Assembly: GCF_964213995.1 (NCBI RefSeq)
Contig: NW_027590242.1
Span: forward strand, 62,001-126,000
Direction: 5' to 3'
Source of the DNA: Mustelus asterias
Lineage: Eukaryota
DNA: 64,000 nt
In this document: piece by piece, positions 61,760-64,000 of the stretch
Layout of the letters: each line of letters opens with the position of its first letter
Numbering within the stretch: position 1 is the stretch's first letter
The notes under the pieces: model-generated
The model's input: only the letters and a program-made list of their open reading frames with translations
The model's database searches: none
Told to the model about the DNA's origin: nothing
Program-made: the position numbers and the translations under genes

Positions 61760-62120
61760 TCTAAAGCCCATCTAACCGACACTATTCCAATATCATCCAT
61801 ATGTTTATCCAACGACCATTCAAATGCCCTTATGTTGGCGAGTCGACTACTGTTGCAGGCAGGGCATTCCACGCCCTTACTACTCTCTGAGTGAAGAACC
61901 TACCTCTGATATCTATCCTATATCTATCACCCCTCAATTTAAAGTTATGTCCCCTCATGCTAGCCCTCACCATCCGAGGAAAAAGGCTCTCACTGTCCAC
62001 CCTATCTAATCCTCTGATCATCTTGTATGCCTCTATTAAGTCACCTCTTAACCTTCATCTCTCTAACGAAAACAGCCTCAAGTCCCTCAGCCTTTGCTCA
62101 TAAGACCTTCCCACCATTCC
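61760..62120 (-). mobile_element. CR1-type LINE 3' fragment
   Basis: RGHNFKLRGDRYR..FFTQRVVRAWNALP. Confidence 0.85.
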
Positions 62121-62654
62121 ATGTTCCAGTTGGATTGTATAGTCCCCACCAGTTACACACGACACACACACAGTCCAGAAGAGACACACGTGTGGAAGGT
62201 GATGCTGTCGGAGGCAGAGGTGCCTCGAGCTATCCGTGCAGCAACGCAGGTCCAGTGCGCTGAAGGCTGTCCTCCTCGGCAGTAATGACCTGCCACCGGC
62301 CTGCGCCTTCACGAGACTCTGGACACAATGGGTAAAGAGAGATAGAGAGTGATAGATGGATTCATATATATACATGATGAGAGAGAGAGAGATTGCCCCA
62401 ATACAAACATCACTCCCCAACCTCTCTATCCCCCTCCCCAGCAACTATCTGAAGCTAAATTAATGTCACAACATTACTGCCATCTTTTACCCAAAACTTA
62501 GCTTCAGACCGTACCTCTATATTTAACCACCCCATCTCTGACATCTCCTCCAGTCACACAACCCTGTGAGATGTCTGTACTGCTCTAATTGTGGCATCAT
62601 GAGCGTTCCACATGCAACATGACTTGCATCTATAAATTCTCATCTCCAACATTT

Positions 62655-63035
62655 ACATAAGAACATAAGAGCATAAGAAATAGGAGCAGGAGTAGGCCAT
62701 CTGGCCTTTCGAGCCTGCCCCGCCATTCAACAAGATCATGGCTGATCTGAAGCGAATCAGTTCCACTTACCCGCCTGCTCCCCATATCCCCTAATTCCCT
62801 TATCGATCAGAAAACTATCTACTCGTGATTTAAACATATTCAACGAGGAAGCCTCCACCACTTCAATGGGCAGAGAATTCCAGAGATTCACTACCCTCTG
62901 AGAGGAGAAGTTCCCCCTCAACTCTAGTTCTGAACCGGCCCCTCATTATTTTGAGGCTGTGCCCTCTAGTTCTGGTTTCCCTTCTAAGTGGAAAGAATCT
63001 CTCCACCTCTACCCTATCCAGCCCCTTCATTATTA
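62655..63035 (-). mobile_element. CR1-type LINE 3' end (young)
   Basis: (acataaga)n tail. Nearly identical to 30269-30448. Confidence 0.85.
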
Positions 63036-63186
63036 TTTCAATTGAAATTTCAAAGCTCAATGGCTTTGAAGCCGAATGGTCCAGATTCCCATCGCCTTCA
63101 ATGTGAACAAGTTGTTTGTGATGTCACTACAGAGGTTGTCTAGGAAACAATGACTGAACACAGGGGGTGAATGTGAGAAGCTGAAT

Positions 63187-63375
63187 CATAGAAATCATAG
63201 AAACCCTACAGTGCAGAAGGAGGCCATTCGGCCCATCGAGTCTGCACCGACCACAATCCCACCCAGCCCTACCCCCACATATTTTACCCGCTAATCCCTC
63301 TAACCTACACATCCCAGGACTCTAAGGGGCAATTTTTTAACCTGGCCAATCAACCTAACCCGCACATCTTTGGAG
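63187..63375 (-). mobile_element. HE1 SINE 3' half
   Basis: Reverse complement of the HE1 tail and core. Confidence 0.85.
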
Positions 63376-63459
63376 TTTCCACTTGAAGAGATTCCCAGTG
63401 TCTCTGAGCAGCTGAATTGGGGAAGCCTTTGGGCAGAGACTGTGCTGCTGCTATTGCCC

Positions 63460-64000
63460 TTCCTGGCCACGAGGCGTCGCTGTAACGCTCCCGGGGGCTG
63501 CTCATTCCCAATGTCACCTCTTGCCCACTCCGGCCCGGCCCATGCTCGTTGGCGGGACAACAGGGGGTCTGTCGAGGGGGCGGGGCTGCCACTGTGCGCA
63601 TGTGCGGGACGGGAATGCTCCCAGAGATCAGCGCGCGGGACGCCGCCGCATTGATGCCGTCTCCCCTGGCAACGCAAGATGTCGCCGCCGTCTCCCTTGG
63701 CAACGGGAATATGGCCGCTGGCCGTCTCCCTTGGTAACGCAAAATGGCCGCCGGCGGTGGGTGTCATTGCGGCGTGTGTCTCATAACGTTGGCTTGGGGG
63801 GACCAGGATGTTGATGATCTGAACACCTCGAAACCTGACTCTCTCGACCAAATGTGGCTGTCGGGCTTCACATAGACAGCAGGCGGGCGTCCGCCGTGTT
63901 TATCTGACGTCCTTTTGTCCTGAAGGCCCCGTTTGTCTCTTGCTGCCTTCTCAGTCTACCTTCTTCCACGGGCGAGGTTGACGCTTTCCGCGCCCGCTGG
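63460..64000. promoter_or_regulatory. CpG island/promoter with three tandem RFX X-box-like plus YY1-like units
   Basis: gccgtctccc(c/t)tgg(c/t)aacg at 63656, 63687 and 63721, each followed by an aa.atg(g/t)c.gc motif. NRF1-like TGCGCATGTGCG and a GC box lie upstream. Confidence 0.6.

Overview
This is vertebrate genomic DNA, almost certainly from a shark: it carries HE1/V-SINE, SacSINE1/DeuSINE, CR1/HER1-type LINEs and Penelope-derived repeats, and has one 140-N gap. Most of the window (about 4.8-55 kb) is a cluster of nine tandem C2H2 zinc-finger genes or pseudogenes with no recognisable KRAB or SCAN domain. Six of them form three head-to-head pairs around CpG-rich bidirectional promoters that are partly mirror-symmetric. 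Most share a near-identical 5' exon/intron module and 'fossil' fingers upstream of a linker-derived MEKPWKC start. tRNA genes flank the cluster: Val, Glu, Gln and Lys pseudogenes on the left and an intact tRNA-Glu(CTC) on the right. At 55.4-59.75 kb lie T-cell-receptor alpha/delta-type V segments: two frameshifted pseudogenes with RSS and one relic, with two CTCF motifs nearby. A near-full-length CR1 LINE (38.9-43.45 kb, minus strand) has both ORFs open. Its ORF2 has no usable AUG and is joined to ORF1 by a canonical U_UUA_AAC -1 frameshift heptamer, and its RT motif-A Asp is mutated. Other oddities are a 5S rRNA-HE1 SINE chimera inside one target-site duplication, an inverted Penelope-like insertion with hammerhead motifs that captured neighbouring DNA, a 67-bp hairpin minisatellite, and an unclassified 2.35-kb insertion with internal repeats. 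Repeat boundaries were read by eye and are approximate. Family names come from sequence recognition, not database searches.
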